DNA of 50,647 nucleotides. It comes from Octopus bimaculoides. Its lineage: Eukaryota. The DNA lies in NCBI RefSeq assembly GCF_001194135.2, contig NC_068987.1:95225916-95276562 (forward strand), in the 5' to 3' direction. Each line of letters begins with the position of its first letter. The first letter of the stretch is position 1. The notes under the pieces were generated by a model. That model was given only the letters and a program-made list of their open reading frames with translations. It was not told the DNA's origin and searched no databases. Of the stretch, positions 10,795 through 23,349 are shown in pieces. Position numbers and translations under genes: made by a program.

Positions 10795-10850
10795 ATCGTT
10801 GTTGCTGTTGCTGTTGTTGCTGTTGCTGTTGTTGTTGTTGCTTCTGTTCT
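10795..10850. repeat. (GTT/GCT)n microsatellite
   Basis: Seen directly. Confidence 0.9.
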
Positions 10851-11169
10851 GATGACAATAATACAGCTGATACTCAGTCTCAAATTCATTGCCACTCAAG
10901 TCCACCCCATACTCACCACGAGGCAACTGTGGAGCTTCTAAATGGCATATAAAGCAGATAGAATTAGTAATGAATCATCCATATCGCTCACTATGGTATG
11001 GAAGGCTACACTGGAGATTCTCGTTATTGGCAGCAGAAAACTTTGATGTTAGGTCTGATGAAGAAATAGTAAGACGCGTTTAAGCAACATTAACCACGTT
11101 GGCAACAATGTACTTTCATCAAAAACTCCATTGCAAATGTTGTCTGTGGCGACGACGATGGCGACGTAA

Positions 11170-11170
<1 letters not shown>

Positions 11171-11235
<65 letters not shown>

Positions 11236-11300
11236 NNNNNNNNNNNNNNNNNNNNNNNNNNNNNNNNNNNNNNNGGAGGAGGAGGAGGAGGAGGAGGAGG
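11171..11300. repeat. (GAT)n and (GGA)n microsatellites flanking an N gap (11236-11274)
   Basis: Seen directly. Confidence 0.95.
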
Positions 11301-11329
11301 AGTATATTAATAATTTTTACTTGCTGAAT

Positions 11330-12400
11330 CTGATGACTGTTCCATCTCGGTGAGGTTCTCACCGGTAATGTCCAGTTTGAAATGCTGCAAGTCAAAACTT
11401 ATAGGATGGATATGTAAGGGGAGTGGATACTAGAGGGATATTTGGCTGAGATTGAAGGTGTAGAATTAGTGGTTTAATGTGGATCCCGCGAGTTTAGACA
11501 CATCAAAGACGATAAGAGAGGGGAAAAAGACAGGAGTTAGTTGTGAGCACCTAATCGGAGGAGGTATGAGTTCAGCCAACTGTGAGAAGCAGAGAGCATT
11601 AAAGAAGCAGAAGAGAAATAATATGTCTGATGGACTGGAAATGCAGCGTGTCTCCAACTAAGAAGTTCTTGGGTACTGTTTTGCTGTTAAAAGCTGAGAT
11701 TAGCATGGCTCCACTGGCCGGCTGCTCTCCATTCAAAGATTCGACGTGGGATCTCAATGTTACATGTAGATGAAACTTTGCAGCATCTGCATAAGAGCGG
11801 ATGTTGTTAAATATGGCGACAAGAAAGTATTTGATATATAGACAGAAATGAATAAGAGACAAGAGCAATCCCTGGAACACAAGGATTTTATTTAGGGATA
11901 AAAAAAATACCATCAAATATATTCCACGATGATGCAATCTGGTAGGAAGGTACCAATCCAAGAAATGAGAGATGGATGGATGGAGCCCGTAGGTTATTAG
12001 ATTCGATAGGGGATTCACATAACGGACACCCTAATATATAGGACAACATTGTTGTAACAGAATTTCTCTGAAACGAGAGCTCACTGACAAGTGACAAACA
12101 GATAAGATAGTTGAAATATGCAATGGAAGGTCATACGTGTCTCAAAAAGACTCGGACTTTTCTCACAAAATCCCATTACTCAAGAATGGATATCATACAA
12201 GAACTTCGATCATGTAACATCAAATTTCTTGTCTCGAAGCTCATCAGATATAAATACCCTTGGAGCACTACGTTTGGAGCGTTGACGAAAAGGAGAGAGA
12301 TTAACTGACATCCTCACAATACCATGACTTCACTGAAAGCCACTATTGTCTAAGTGGTGTCCAAAAGGAATAAAGACCATTCATTCACTGCAGGTATGTC
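11330..12400 (-). mobile_element. Highly degenerate LINE ORF2 fragment (jockey/CR1/L2 group RT, 3' part)
   Basis: VFQGLLLSLIHFCLYI...NNIRSYADAAKFH resembles GVPQGSVLSP.LF.LYIND...IHSYADD. Preceded by GLHPSISHFLDWYLPTR; terminal DLQHFKLDI near 11380. Confidence 0.6.
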
Positions 12401-13429
12401 AATGGATTCTGATCCCGCATTGAATCGGTTACCGAAGCTGAAGATTCATTCATAGCATAATTTTAAGCTTATTGAGAACGTGTGCACAAATTTTCCTAAA
12501 TATATATTCGAGTTTTCTTTTTTTTTTTCCTTTTTAATGAGATTAAAGATTTAAATTCCCACATATGTCTTCAAATAGTTCTCTCATCCTGCATGATATA
12601 TATTTATCACCATCAGACCAAAAATTTCTCATGTCACCATGTAATAGAAGATCGAAAATAAATAATTGAAGACGGGTCAAACGAGAAATCCTCTATTTGA
12701 TCACACGATCTGCTAGAATCAGTACCCACATTTTCATGAAACAACACTCTAACGGCTTAAAAAGAGAAAGAAATATTGGACATAGCTGTGTCTAAAAGAT
12801 GCGATGGTCAGGACTGGACTGTTTTTGATCTTATGTCTGCTGGGAGAACATTGATCTGGTGCTAAAAAACAACAACACAATATTGTAACATACGTCTCTC
12901 TATCTACTTTACATGCACGATTCTTTATCATATTCTACTTAACATCATCTTAAAACTCGGCATTTTGTATTGTACTTGTCACTTAGTTTTAAGATTATCG
13001 GAAAAATCTGCTCTCAGATTCACAAACAACGACACACCTTCCACTTGGAGGTCATATAACCGGGGGACATACTTCTCTGACGACTTATTATGTCTGGGAA
13101 AACGTATCTCTTTTAACCCTGAGGTGAAATAAACTGCTCAGCAAATAATTCTAGATGTGGCTTTGCATTAGACCATCTCTTTCTTCTTTTCTTTCCTGCC
13201 ATATTTCTTCGTCTCCTCTCTGCTACTTCTTAAAATCGCTTTTACCTTATCTTTCGCTCATTTCTTCTCAGACAACAAAAGAAATTACTCTTATATATCT
13301 TCTCTCTTCACAAATACATACATTTAAAACTTTACAATGTACATATACATAGATACATACACACATATATAAAAGTCAGATACAGACATTTATGCACACA
13401 TATGCCTATGCATGCACAGTCATTTATAA

Positions 13430-13865
13430 GCGCAGGTTTGGCTGTACGGATAAGCAGCTTACTTTGCGACTATGTGGTTTCGGGTTCGGTCCCACTGCGC
13501 GCCACTTTGAACAAATGTCACCTACCATAGTCCCAGCAAATCAACGCCCTGTGAGTGAATTTGACAAAGAGAAAACGTGTGGAAGTCTGCGTAAACATAT
13601 GCGTATGTGTGAGTGTGCATGTGTGCATGTATATTTGCATGCGTGCGTCATTTTGCTTATGTTTGTGTTTGTGTACCGCTTCGCTTAGAAACGGTGTTGG
13701 ATTGTTTACATCCCTGTAACTTAGCAGTTAGGAAACAAGAACAATAGAACAATTGCTAGCGTTAAGATATAAGAACTGGTGGCGATTTGTTCGACGAACC
13801 CCTTCTAAGCATTGTCCCAGTATAGCTGCAGTCCAGTCATCAAAACAAGTAAAAGTCAAAGATAA
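13430..13865 (+). mobile_element. SINE family A, older full-length copy
   Basis: GCGCAGGTTTGGCTGTACGGATAAG, GGGTTCGGTCCCACTGCG, TCCCTGTAACTTAGCAGTT and tail GCAGTC...AAACAAGTAAAAG, colinear with 32-440. Confidence 0.8.
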
Positions 13866-13989
13866 TATGTGTGTGTGGCAGAGGTGGGGGTAGATTTTAC
13901 GTGATCGTTATTTCACATTTCAAGTCGAAGTTATCCTTTTTCAATTTAAGAGCAGGAATTGGCAACAAAATATTAAATGAACTAAGGTG

Positions 13990-14540
13990 ACCCTTATCTT
14001 CTGAAGTTACAACTGAAATGATTGGTTATGTCACACTTTGTCGGAAGACATTGTACACGTGATCAGCAGCTCTGCCAAAACCAGGATCTTCTATTGTGAT
14101 GTAATACTAATAATATACACTGAAAGCCGTACGAAGCACTGCTTTGAGATGAATATAAGCAATACCTCTATTACTGGATATATTAAAGAACAAAAGGAAC
14201 ATTACTATCAAAACGTCTGTGCAGCACAAAATTATGGTGCTTGGTATAGGTGCTTGAAGCGGAAAATATCTTGTGTTATGGTGGAGGCTAGTTGCACTAC
14301 AGATGTGATCATTTCTCCGGAAGCAGTGAAAAAGAACAAAATTTTCGGCCTGCTGCTGATTGCGAATTAATACCCATAGCATTAATTGTCAGTGCAATAA
14401 GGTACAATAATAACGAGCGACCATTTTGTAAATCGAAGAGTTCCAGGAACAGAGAGTGGGCACCTAACACACACCTTACAAATACAATCTATAACTGGAT
14501 CAAGATATGCAACACTTTTCTAAAGTTTAGCTTTTAATAC
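13990..14540 (+). mobile_element. R4/Dong-like C-terminal fragment (CCHC knuckle plus restriction-like endonuclease)
   Basis: CHTLSEDIVHVISS (knuckle remnant), SCVMVEASCTTDVIISPEAVKKNKIFGLL (C.IVEVSCP.DVNI..K..EK), and terminal ELIPIALIV...IKICNTFLKFSF*. Confidence 0.7.
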
Positions 14541-14710
14541 CTAACATTAATGCTGTCAAAATAGAGGTTGGATTTTTGTTCGAAGCTAGAGTTTCCATTC
14601 TAGCCAGTATACTATCACTTGCATATGAGCTCTGGAAATTTATTTTTTTTTAAATGATCTCCTTCTTCAATCTATCAGTTTATCATCTAGGATTTCATCA
14701 CGAACGAAAC

Positions 14711-14800
14711 CATTCTGACGAGGGGGCATTATGTTGTTGTATATGGAATACTTAAAACGGCATTTATACACATAATGTACTCTTGAAACGGCGGTAGATG
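14711..14800 (+). ncRNA. Type I hammerhead-like fold (HHR-C) with long stem II
   Basis: CAUU CUGACGA GGGGG-CAUUAUG...CAUAAUG-UACUCUU GAAA C GGCG G UA GAUG. Stem I CAUU/GAUG, perfect 7-bp CAUUAUG/CAUAAUG extended by UGUAUA/UAUACA, 2-bp stem III, GUA triplet. Confidence 0.6.
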
Positions 14801-15387
14801 ACATCCTTTAACCCCGAGTTTGTATATTTATCTTATGTAATAATATTTTACCAAATTTATTCACTTCTGAATTTTAAACTTCTAACATATAACTTTCACT
14901 TGTAATTTCATTCATTTATCTATACAAATTTATATGTATAATTATTTCGTTGTGTTTTAAACTCTGCTTTAAAACTTGTATTGATTGCATTGATATGTTC
15001 CATTTACAAATTCTCTTGTCCTTCGATTTAGCTTGCACTGAGCATTTCTTAAAACACTCCATATATTGTGAAGTGTACTTACAAATATGATTTATGAGAA
15101 AATTTAATTTTATATATACATATATATATNNNNNNNNNNNNNNNNNNNNNNNNNNNNNNNNNNNNNNNNNNNNNNNNNNNNNNNNNNNNNNNNNNNNNNN
15201 NNNNNNNNNNNNNNNNNNNNNNNNNNNNNNNNNNNNNNNNNNNNNNNNNNNNNNNNNNNNNNNNNNNNNNNNNNNNNNNNNNNNNNNNNNNNNNNNNNNN
15301 NNNNNNNNNNNNNNNNNNNNNNNNNNNNNNNNNNNNNNNNNNNNNNNNNNNNNNNNNNNNNNNNNNNNNNNNNNNNNNNNNNNNNNN

Positions 15388-15460
<73 letters not shown>
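15388..15460. repeat. (GT)n microsatellite after N gap 15130-15387
   Basis: Seen directly. Confidence 0.95.
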
Positions 15461-15463
<3 letters not shown>

Positions 15464-15901
15464 CATACCTACTCGTATAACCTGAATGTGTTGCTCATAA
15501 CGCCGTAGACTTCCTTAAACGTCTCGAGAAATCATCTCGACGAACGCTAAGAAGCGCAAATTCTATCGGTTGACAGAATTTCACCAGCACCGGCAGATAG
15601 TACTCTTGTAACACGTGGTTTCATCGTAAATTACGGACCATTATCAATAGGTAGCCAGAATGCCGGATCGAATATTAGTCAAACTCATCCAGTTAAACAT
15701 TGGCTAAACAGTCGATGATGTCGCGAAAATTTGGTGGACTGTGTATAAATTATCCATTACCGACCAGAGCAATCCTAGTAACGAATATTAATTATAACAC
15801 ACAACTTAACTTCGATGTGTTGTTTATGAAGTCGTAGAATGCGACAAACATCCCAAGAAACACATCCCAAACATCCCAAGAAATCATCTAGTGTACGTAT
15901 A

Positions 15902-15948
<47 letters not shown>

Positions 15949-16960
15949 AGTGTTTGTAGATATATATGTGTACAAACTCACACACACATATACATGCATG
16001 TATATACACTAATATGTATGCGTATGCGCGCGTATACATATATACACTCACGCATATCCAAACATAGCATGTAATATAGATGCATACATACATTCATGTC
16101 TTTCTACTTTGGCACTTATGTAATAAGCAGTTATTCTGTATTTTAGCACTAAAATCAAATTTACAATATTATTGTAATGCTTCGAATATCCTTCGGGAAT
16201 TCACAATATAAACCATTTCAAATACCTACAATTACAATTTATGTGTGTGAGCATTTCACTATGTGACTGTGATTGCGTGCGTGCGCGCTTGCCTTTATCT
16301 ATATGAGGATATATCAGTTAAAAACGAGAATTTATATCATTATTTTGATTTTCTTCCTGAGTAGCTAGCAAAGCCACATGTGTCTATTTGATAAGTTTAG
16401 AAAGCTTTAAGTCATAATACATTAAATAAGAAACTATAGTGTGGTGATCAGCTCTTCAAACAAATAAGTACATTTTCTGCTAGAATTGTTATTGTCTGGC
16501 GAATATAAACAATTTTCTTCTGATTTTACAAATGATTTGATTTTGAAAATGATCCAAGGGACTTAGACATAATGCGACTGTGATAAAGATCAGAGGAAAA
16601 TAATATCAAATAAATATAATGCAATCTATGTATAGATACATTGATTAGGAAGATCTTAGTTTATATTAGCTTTCGGATTGAGAGTAATTGCGATCGTGTT
16701 GTACATGAATCATGCAAAGTACAGTGCAATGCCAGTAGTGAACTATGATTTGATAACTAATTCCACAAGAGCTATTAGAATACCTCAACTAAATTCCATT
16801 TTGCTTTTAGTTTCGGCACTGCAGTATTTCAATTCAAACCCACCTGAGAACAAGTTTCATTTTCATGATTCTGACGTAGCATACAGTTGCATAAATACAA
16901 TCAAACACACCCACTTATGTCTGTTGGTAACTTTAAGTAACAATCATAGACCAGGAGTGT

Positions 16961-17039
16961 TGGCTCTTGATTGCTGGAGTTCTAGTCGAAGTGCCACAGT
17001 GGCTCTTGATTGCTGGAGTTCTAGTCGAAGTGCCACAGT
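16961..17039. repeat. Perfect 39-bp tandem duplication
   Basis: TGGCTCTTGATTGCTGGAGTTCTAGTCGAAGTGCCACAG at 16961-16999 and again at 17000-17038. Confidence 0.95.
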
Positions 17040-17178
17040 TTCCAAATCTTGTTCGTTACAGCTTTATTAAGGAAACACTGGATTTTCCAATGAGAATTTT
17101 AAAAATTTTTATCTGTTTCTTTTTTTATCTTGTCCGTAATTTACGATTATGAAAGTGATAATGAAATTCAAATAATAC

Positions 17179-18218
17179 TGTTACGAATGCCCGCACGCGA
17201 AACACCTCGACGAAGAGAAAACTCGCGCGCGCGAACGTCGACGCTCAGTGAGTCGGGATGTTCGCCACGACTAAGCCCAGCCGGAGCACGTAACGATGAC
17301 AACAGGCAAAAGGAAGAAATAACACGAAATAATACGTTGCGTAGTGAAACTAACTTTTTCTTTTTACATCATCAAAACAAAATAACATTGCATTCAATAA
17401 CACATGTAACAATAGTTTCCAAGCACATGTAACAATAGCACATGTAACAACAGTCTCCAAGCATTTAACATAATCAAACGTTTACAATCAGAGTTCGTAT
17501 ATCAAGTCAATTAAAAGTTCTTTTCTTTGTTTTTCTTTTCTTTGAACAACATGTCACAACAAAGTTCTCTCTTTTCTTTTCAACCATTTAACAAGAGCTA
17601 GCAAAGTTCTTTCTTTTCTTTTCTTTTCAACCAGTTAATATCACAATTAACAAAAGTTAACAAAGTTCTTTTAACATCATGTAACAACAAAGTACATTTT
17701 TCTTTAAAGAATATTTAAACAAACATTTACCGTAACCAATTCACATCTCCCACTACAATTCACAAGAAGCGACCAACGCAGTCCACTACAATCTTTTGCC
17801 TGCCACAACAGTTCCATCTCTCTGTCCCTCTCTCTCTCAGACTCTATCCATTTCTGCTGACTGGTACCTTCTGACCATAGCCTCTCTCATCTTGCTTCTC
17901 TTCTGGCTGCTGGCCGTCACACCGAACTCGCGTTCTTCATCCACTGATTTTGTTTTCGCCAACTGCTCTTCCCCGAATCTCGCTCTGGTATTTATGACAA
18001 ATACCGTACTCAACAGTGCTACTTTACCCCCTCCACAGCTGGGTCAGTTTAGTACAATTCCTAACTTGTTTTTCTAAACTTTCGGTGACCGGAAAGGGTC
18101 ATCGATCATACTCCTACGCTATAAATAGCCGTGCTTGCTGACAGGACAAAAGAAATACCATTATCCTCAACAACCAGAATACGGTTTCAAACCCGGCTCG
18201 GGGAATAGGGACATAACA
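17179..18218. mobile_element. Solo-LTR-like element (about 1040 bp)
   Basis: Begins TGTTACG and ends CATAACA (short inverted termini, TG...CA). CpG-rich 5' part, internal short tandem motifs, TATAAATAG at 18120. No TSD seen (flanks AATAC / TTATT). Confidence 0.45.
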
Positions 18219-18743
18219 TTATTTTGTTTTCCGGCGGTCCGTATCAATACGTTATATATGCGCGCACGTGTGTTATAACTGAATCAAACAGTTCGCGTTG
18301 TTATGTACTCCTGCACTCACTCGCTTACCTTGTCTCCTGTAGTCACCTATACTTTATCCCTAACTCCAACACACACACACACATACACACACACTTTAAT
18401 ATCTTTACAAATTACCACTGCACCTAGTCCTTGGTTTTGGGGAGCATAAATGACAGCAACTACATCGGTGGCGGAGAGGCTACGAAGGTCATAGGCACAG
18501 CCTGATTTTCTCGACTTAACCAAGATCAACCCTGCTTAAGGTCTCTTATAACCAAAGCTACTCTCGCTGTGACCAGTCTCTACTTTTTTCATGCTTAGTA
18601 AATAAAATACAGAATGATTCAATATGTTCTTCACTTTTCAAAACAGTAGTGTATGATTGGAAGAGACTTGGTTGTTATTTCTATCAGGGTAAGGCACAAT
18701 ATAAGAGTTTATATAAGAACGTAATGACGTACGAATTGTTCTC

Positions 18744-18790
18744 GAAGCATTTTGTCCGGCCAACTACCGATACTGCCAGCTGACCGTCTT
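18744..18790 (-). mobile_element. SINE family B head fragment
   Basis: Reverse complement CAGCTGGCAGTATCGGTAGTTGGCCGGACAAAATGCTTCG resembles the family B head. Confidence 0.45.
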
Positions 18791-19856
18791 TACAAGATAT
18801 AGAATAATATTGTGGATTTAATTGACTTCACCTCTTAATTATTATAAGTAAAACTGGTTTGAACCAGTGTATCAATGCGAACAGTGGAAACATAAGATAC
18901 AGAGAAAAAGATATTTCATCGCAGTCTCCAAGATTACAAGTCTGGGTATGGAATTGGAAAAGTCCAAATAATCCCATTCCAATGCTACATATTCCTGCAC
19001 ATCACTGGTAGCTTCATTTATAGGATACTGTAGTTTCAGACACGATACGTTTAAGTGGATAGTCATGACTACAACGTCTTTCATCACTGGTCTCATTCGT
19101 CAGAGTGAATGCGTAACAATACAAGATACGAAATAAGAAAACAAACTCTGGGTCATATGTATAAACACAAGTCAGTATTTTAAAATATTTGGAATATATA
19201 TGATGATATGAGTTTGTGTTTAGTGGCGGTTTATGAGCATCATTGGACATAAGAAAGCGGACCAATCTAAAATATCCGTCATTGTGCCTAACAGTTTATG
19301 AATGTGTAATCAAAAACATTGATGCTAAATAAGATAGACTGATGAAAAACAATAACAATGTGAAATGTACGAACGGAAGAATGGTTGTTAGAAATTGCTT
19401 CTATAGCCTCAGCAGAATACGCTACAACTGATTATCAACTCCGGTGGGGTGAAATAGTTTCACTAAGTTGGTTAATAAGTGAATCATCGTGGGATATAAA
19501 GCCATGGTGTTTGCCATCTGATCGAACCATTTTGCATTTACATATGATTTCATTATTCTATGATGTTTTCTTTCCTGTGTTGTGTGTTTCATTTATAATT
19601 CATGCCAAATAAGAAAGATATATTGATATATAATTATCTAGATAATTATATGCAGTAATAAGGTTATCAATATATGTGTATGCGAGTTGTTTTAACAAGG
19701 CAAATATAAAAATGTCCACTGATATATGCAAATCTTTTTTATGCATAACTATATTTGTTTCAGTGTGCACAAATGTCATGTGTGCTGTAGAGCTACATTT
19801 CCATGTTGACAGCCTATTACTATTTACCAAGAAATTTAGTGCTACTCATCGCACAC

Positions 19857-19916
19857 AGATACAGTTAGGCATTTAAGAATTTGATATAAAGATACAGTTA
19901 GGCATTTAAGAATTTG
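19857..19916. repeat. 27-bp perfect direct repeat with a 6-nt spacer
   Basis: AGATACAGTTAGGCATTTAAGAATTTG at 19857-19883 and 19890-19916, spacer ATATAA. Confidence 0.95.
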
Positions 19917-20038
19917 CATTATCCGAGCCAAGCTAAACCATTCAAACAGTGACAATGAATAGAAATATTAGAGAGAATGGAAATATAATAACAACTGGAG
20001 AACGCCCTGCGTCAGCTAACAATCGGGTATACACATAA

Positions 20039-20040
<2 letters not shown>

Positions 20041-20110
<70 letters not shown>

Positions 20111-20145
20111 NNNNNNNNNNCACACACACACACACACACACACAT
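20041..20145. repeat. (CA)n microsatellite with a 10-N gap
   Basis: Seen directly. Confidence 0.95.
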
Positions 20146-20559
20146 ACAAACACACGCACTCACGAACGCGCATACACACATATACGCTCGCACAAACACG
20201 CACGTTTAGATATAATTGCTTGTATGTATACCTTCTACGCCCTTGTCCCAGGGAAATAACAAGGATGTAACACTTGGAGTGACGGTAGGCGGCGCAAACA
20301 ATAAGCTGGTAGAAATTTTCAGTTGAATAGACTGGAACTACAAAAGTAATGTGCCTCATTCAATGAGACATTGTGCCGCTGAGATCAATAATAAAAACGA
20401 TAACCATATGATCCAAGTCTAACATACACCAATGATTAGGACACGGGCCGCGAAGGTATTTGTCTGATCCGGATTATACAGAGGTGACTAAAGCCATTCG
20501 GGAAAGCCTTGCACAAATTATTAAATCATGCCGATTGGTGAATGGCGACTAAGATTTAT

Positions 20560-20564
20560 CTCTC

Positions 20565-20621
<57 letters not shown>

Positions 20622-20910
20622 NNNNNNNNNNNNNNNNNNNNNNNNNNNNNNNNNNNNNNNNNNNNNNNNNNNNNNNNNNNNNNNNNNNNNNNNNNNNNNN
20701 NNNNNNNNNNNNNNNNNNNNNNNNNNNNNNNNNNNNNNNNNNNNNNNNNNNNNNNNNNNNNNNNNNNNNNNNNNNNNNNNNNNNNNNNNNNNNNNNNNNN
20801 NNNNNNNNNNNNNNNNNNNNNNNNNNNNNNNNNNNNNNNNNNNNNNNNNNNNNNNNNNNNNNNNNNATATATACATGCATATATATACATACATATATGT
20901 GTATATATAT
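20560..20910. repeat. (CT)n and (TA)n tracts around N gap 20622-20866
   Basis: Seen directly. Confidence 0.9.
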
Positions 20911-21798
20911 ATATTGTGCTTTTTTTCTTTGTTAAATAAACATACGCACTATATATTCGTTTCTCATTGTTTTGTTATTGTTATTTAAAATCGTGTCTAT
21001 TGTCCGGAAAACTTTCGTCACACACCTGTGACCTCTACTACGACATTTTTTGTTCTCGTCTTTGCTCCTGCTACGCTTATTCCATGCTTGTTTTTATTCT
21101 ATGAGTTTTATCCTATGATGCGCATGCTTTTGCGCCTGTAATTATGTGTCTGTGTGTGTACATTTGTTTGCCTGTGTGCGTCGTTGTTCTTAGTAGCACT
21201 TTAACCCTACGCTCAGCCCTTCCCCCGTTGCCGCTGCTACTGCCCTTGACCCCGACTTTCGGTACCGTTCCTTTTTCACTGTGTTTATGTGTTCGCCCAC
21301 GCTGCTGCCTTCGTGGTAGTTTTTCACTCCCTTTTGTCTTTAGTCGTCATGCTTCGTGGTGTCGTGGAGGATGTTATCATTCCATTCGTGTCTTCTGTTG
21401 AGGCTCGGTCTGTCTATTGCTATGCGTGTAACCTCTGTGATCTGTCTAAGTGTCGTGCCAGTTCTATACGATAATGATACCTGCACCTGTATGTTATTAA
21501 CTGAGCCTCTAATGTTCTGATTGTGTATGTTGGTAGAGCACAGACGAGCCTTACCCCACTCTGAGCTCCTGCTAGTGTTCACCTATACGCTCCCCTATGC
21601 TGTTGCGTCTCTCTACCATTCAATTCTGGAACACAACTGTCACGAGACAAACCTAATGATTGCGTAACGCATCAAAGTACTTGTTTATTTCAATATTGTA
21701 AAATTGTTAAAACTGAAAATAATAGAACGTAAAATTCAGACCAAGTTGGAATTTTATTGATTAATATATTCTTCTATACACAATCATACAAACTCGGA

Positions 21799-21834
<36 letters not shown>

Positions 21835-22339
21835 TCTCTTCCGAGAAGAAGAATAGAAGAAACGATGAAGAGATATCTCGGAAGTGAATCTTTTTGCTCT
21901 CTTCTAATACATTATTTTTAAGACATTCAACATCATAATGATAAATGATACACATATAAGACACGCATGCAAACACACACACACAAGCACACAAACACAC
22001 ACACATACACACATACACACACACAGACGTCTGCAAACTGCAGTGTCTTAGTAACACTCAGAACTTATGCATACAGAATATTTTGACGCAAACACACTTG
22101 TGCAAATATACAGAAGAAAACAAACGTAGCTTTTAGATGTAGAATAAATTTTCCACTCGGGAATCGCTCACTTGGGAGGCTTATGTTCAAAAAAATTGTT
22201 CATGGTAAGAAAATATGTTGCAATACACACACATACACGTGCGCGCGCACACATGTACATTCATTCATATGTACGTACATACATATATGCGCATACATAC
22301 ACACAGGGATACATGCACAATCTCATACATGACTACATC

Positions 22340-22367
22340 TCTCTCTCTCTATCTCTCTCTCTCTCAC

Positions 22368-22437
<70 letters not shown>
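22340..22437. repeat. Compound (CT)n(TA)n microsatellite
   Basis: Seen directly. Confidence 0.95.
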
Positions 22438-22439
<2 letters not shown>

Positions 22440-22734
22440 CATATATGGAGATATATCGATATACATATATATATATATATACATATACAGCTATATATAT
22501 ACTTATGTGCATATATAAATATATAGAATTTTACACACATACATATATTATGAATGTGTGTGTGTGTGTGTGTGTGTGTGAGTGTGTGTGTGTGTGTCTA
22601 TGTTCTCACGGTTTCAGTGCCATGTTCCTAATATTTTCATGTGCTTTATTTCGTTAAAAGTTCTTTGTTACAATTCTATGCTTAATACTGACTACTTTTT
22701 ATTACTGTTGTTTTTTTACATTTATGAATATAAA

Positions 22735-22925
22735 AGCGTTGAGCTAGCAGAGACGTTAGCACGCCGGACGAAATGCTTAGCGGTCCAACCTTACGTTCTG
22801 AGTTCAAATTCCGCTGTCGCCGAATTTACCTTTCGGAATCGATAAAATAAGTCAAGTACTGGGATTGATGTAATCGACTAAACCTCTCCCCAGAAAATTT
22901 CAGACCTTGTGCCCATAATAGAACG
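22735..22925 (+). mobile_element. SINE family B, full-length copy
   Basis: GAGCTAGCAGAGACGTTAGCACGCCGGACGAAATGCTTAGCGG, GTTCTGAGTTCAAATTCCG, CTTTCGGAATCGATAAAATAAG, TTGATGTAATCGACT. Confidence 0.85.
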
Positions 22926-22935
22926 CATTTTAAGA

Positions 22936-23112
22936 AAGCGGAGAGCTGGCAGAAACGTTGGCACGCCGGGCGACTTACTTAGCGGTATTTCGTCTGTCTT
23001 TATGTTCTGAGTTCAAATTCCGTCGAGGTCGATTTACTTTTTATACTTTCGAGGTCGATAAATTAAGTACCAGCTGGCCCCTCGCCAAAAATTTCGGGCT
23101 TTGTGCCTAGAC
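22936..23112 (+). mobile_element. SINE family B, tandem second copy
   Basis: GGAGAGCTGGCAGAAACGTTGGCACGCCGGGCG, GTTCTGAGTTCAAATTCCGTCGAGGTCGA, CTTTCGAGGTCGATAAATTAAGTACCAG. Confidence 0.85.
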
Positions 23113-23349
23113 TAGAAAAGAAAAGAATATTTATTAATATATTTGAAAATACACCTGAATCTCAAAACTGGAAATCGATTTTCAATTTTGTTATAGATTT
23201 ATTCAAATCCCAAACCGATTTTTACAATTTTTTACTTACCGATGGTAAAAAAATATATAAATAAAAGGTTTAGGAGAGTTTAAAGATACAAGGTAAAATT
23301 GGAAAAAACAAGTTTAAACGATCAAATGTCCAAGTGTTCCCAGAAATTT

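Noticed and set aside
11050-11078. GTCTGATGAAGAAATAGTAAGAC hammerhead-like words
   Set aside because: No stem II between CUGAUGA and GAAA, and stem I would have to use core bases. At most a collapsed remnant.
11318-11392. CTGATGA ... hairpin ... GAAA near the LINE 3' end
   Set aside because: The helix does not close next to GAAA (TTT intervenes), and no stem I or stem III with an NUH site can be formed.
13075-13112. CTGACGA...GAAAACGTA
   Set aside because: No stem I complement after the putative cleavage site and no proper stem II.
16961-19916. Short direct repeats (39 bp and 27 bp) as a CRISPR array
   Set aside because: Only two units each, no unique spacers of regular length, no cas genes, eukaryotic context.
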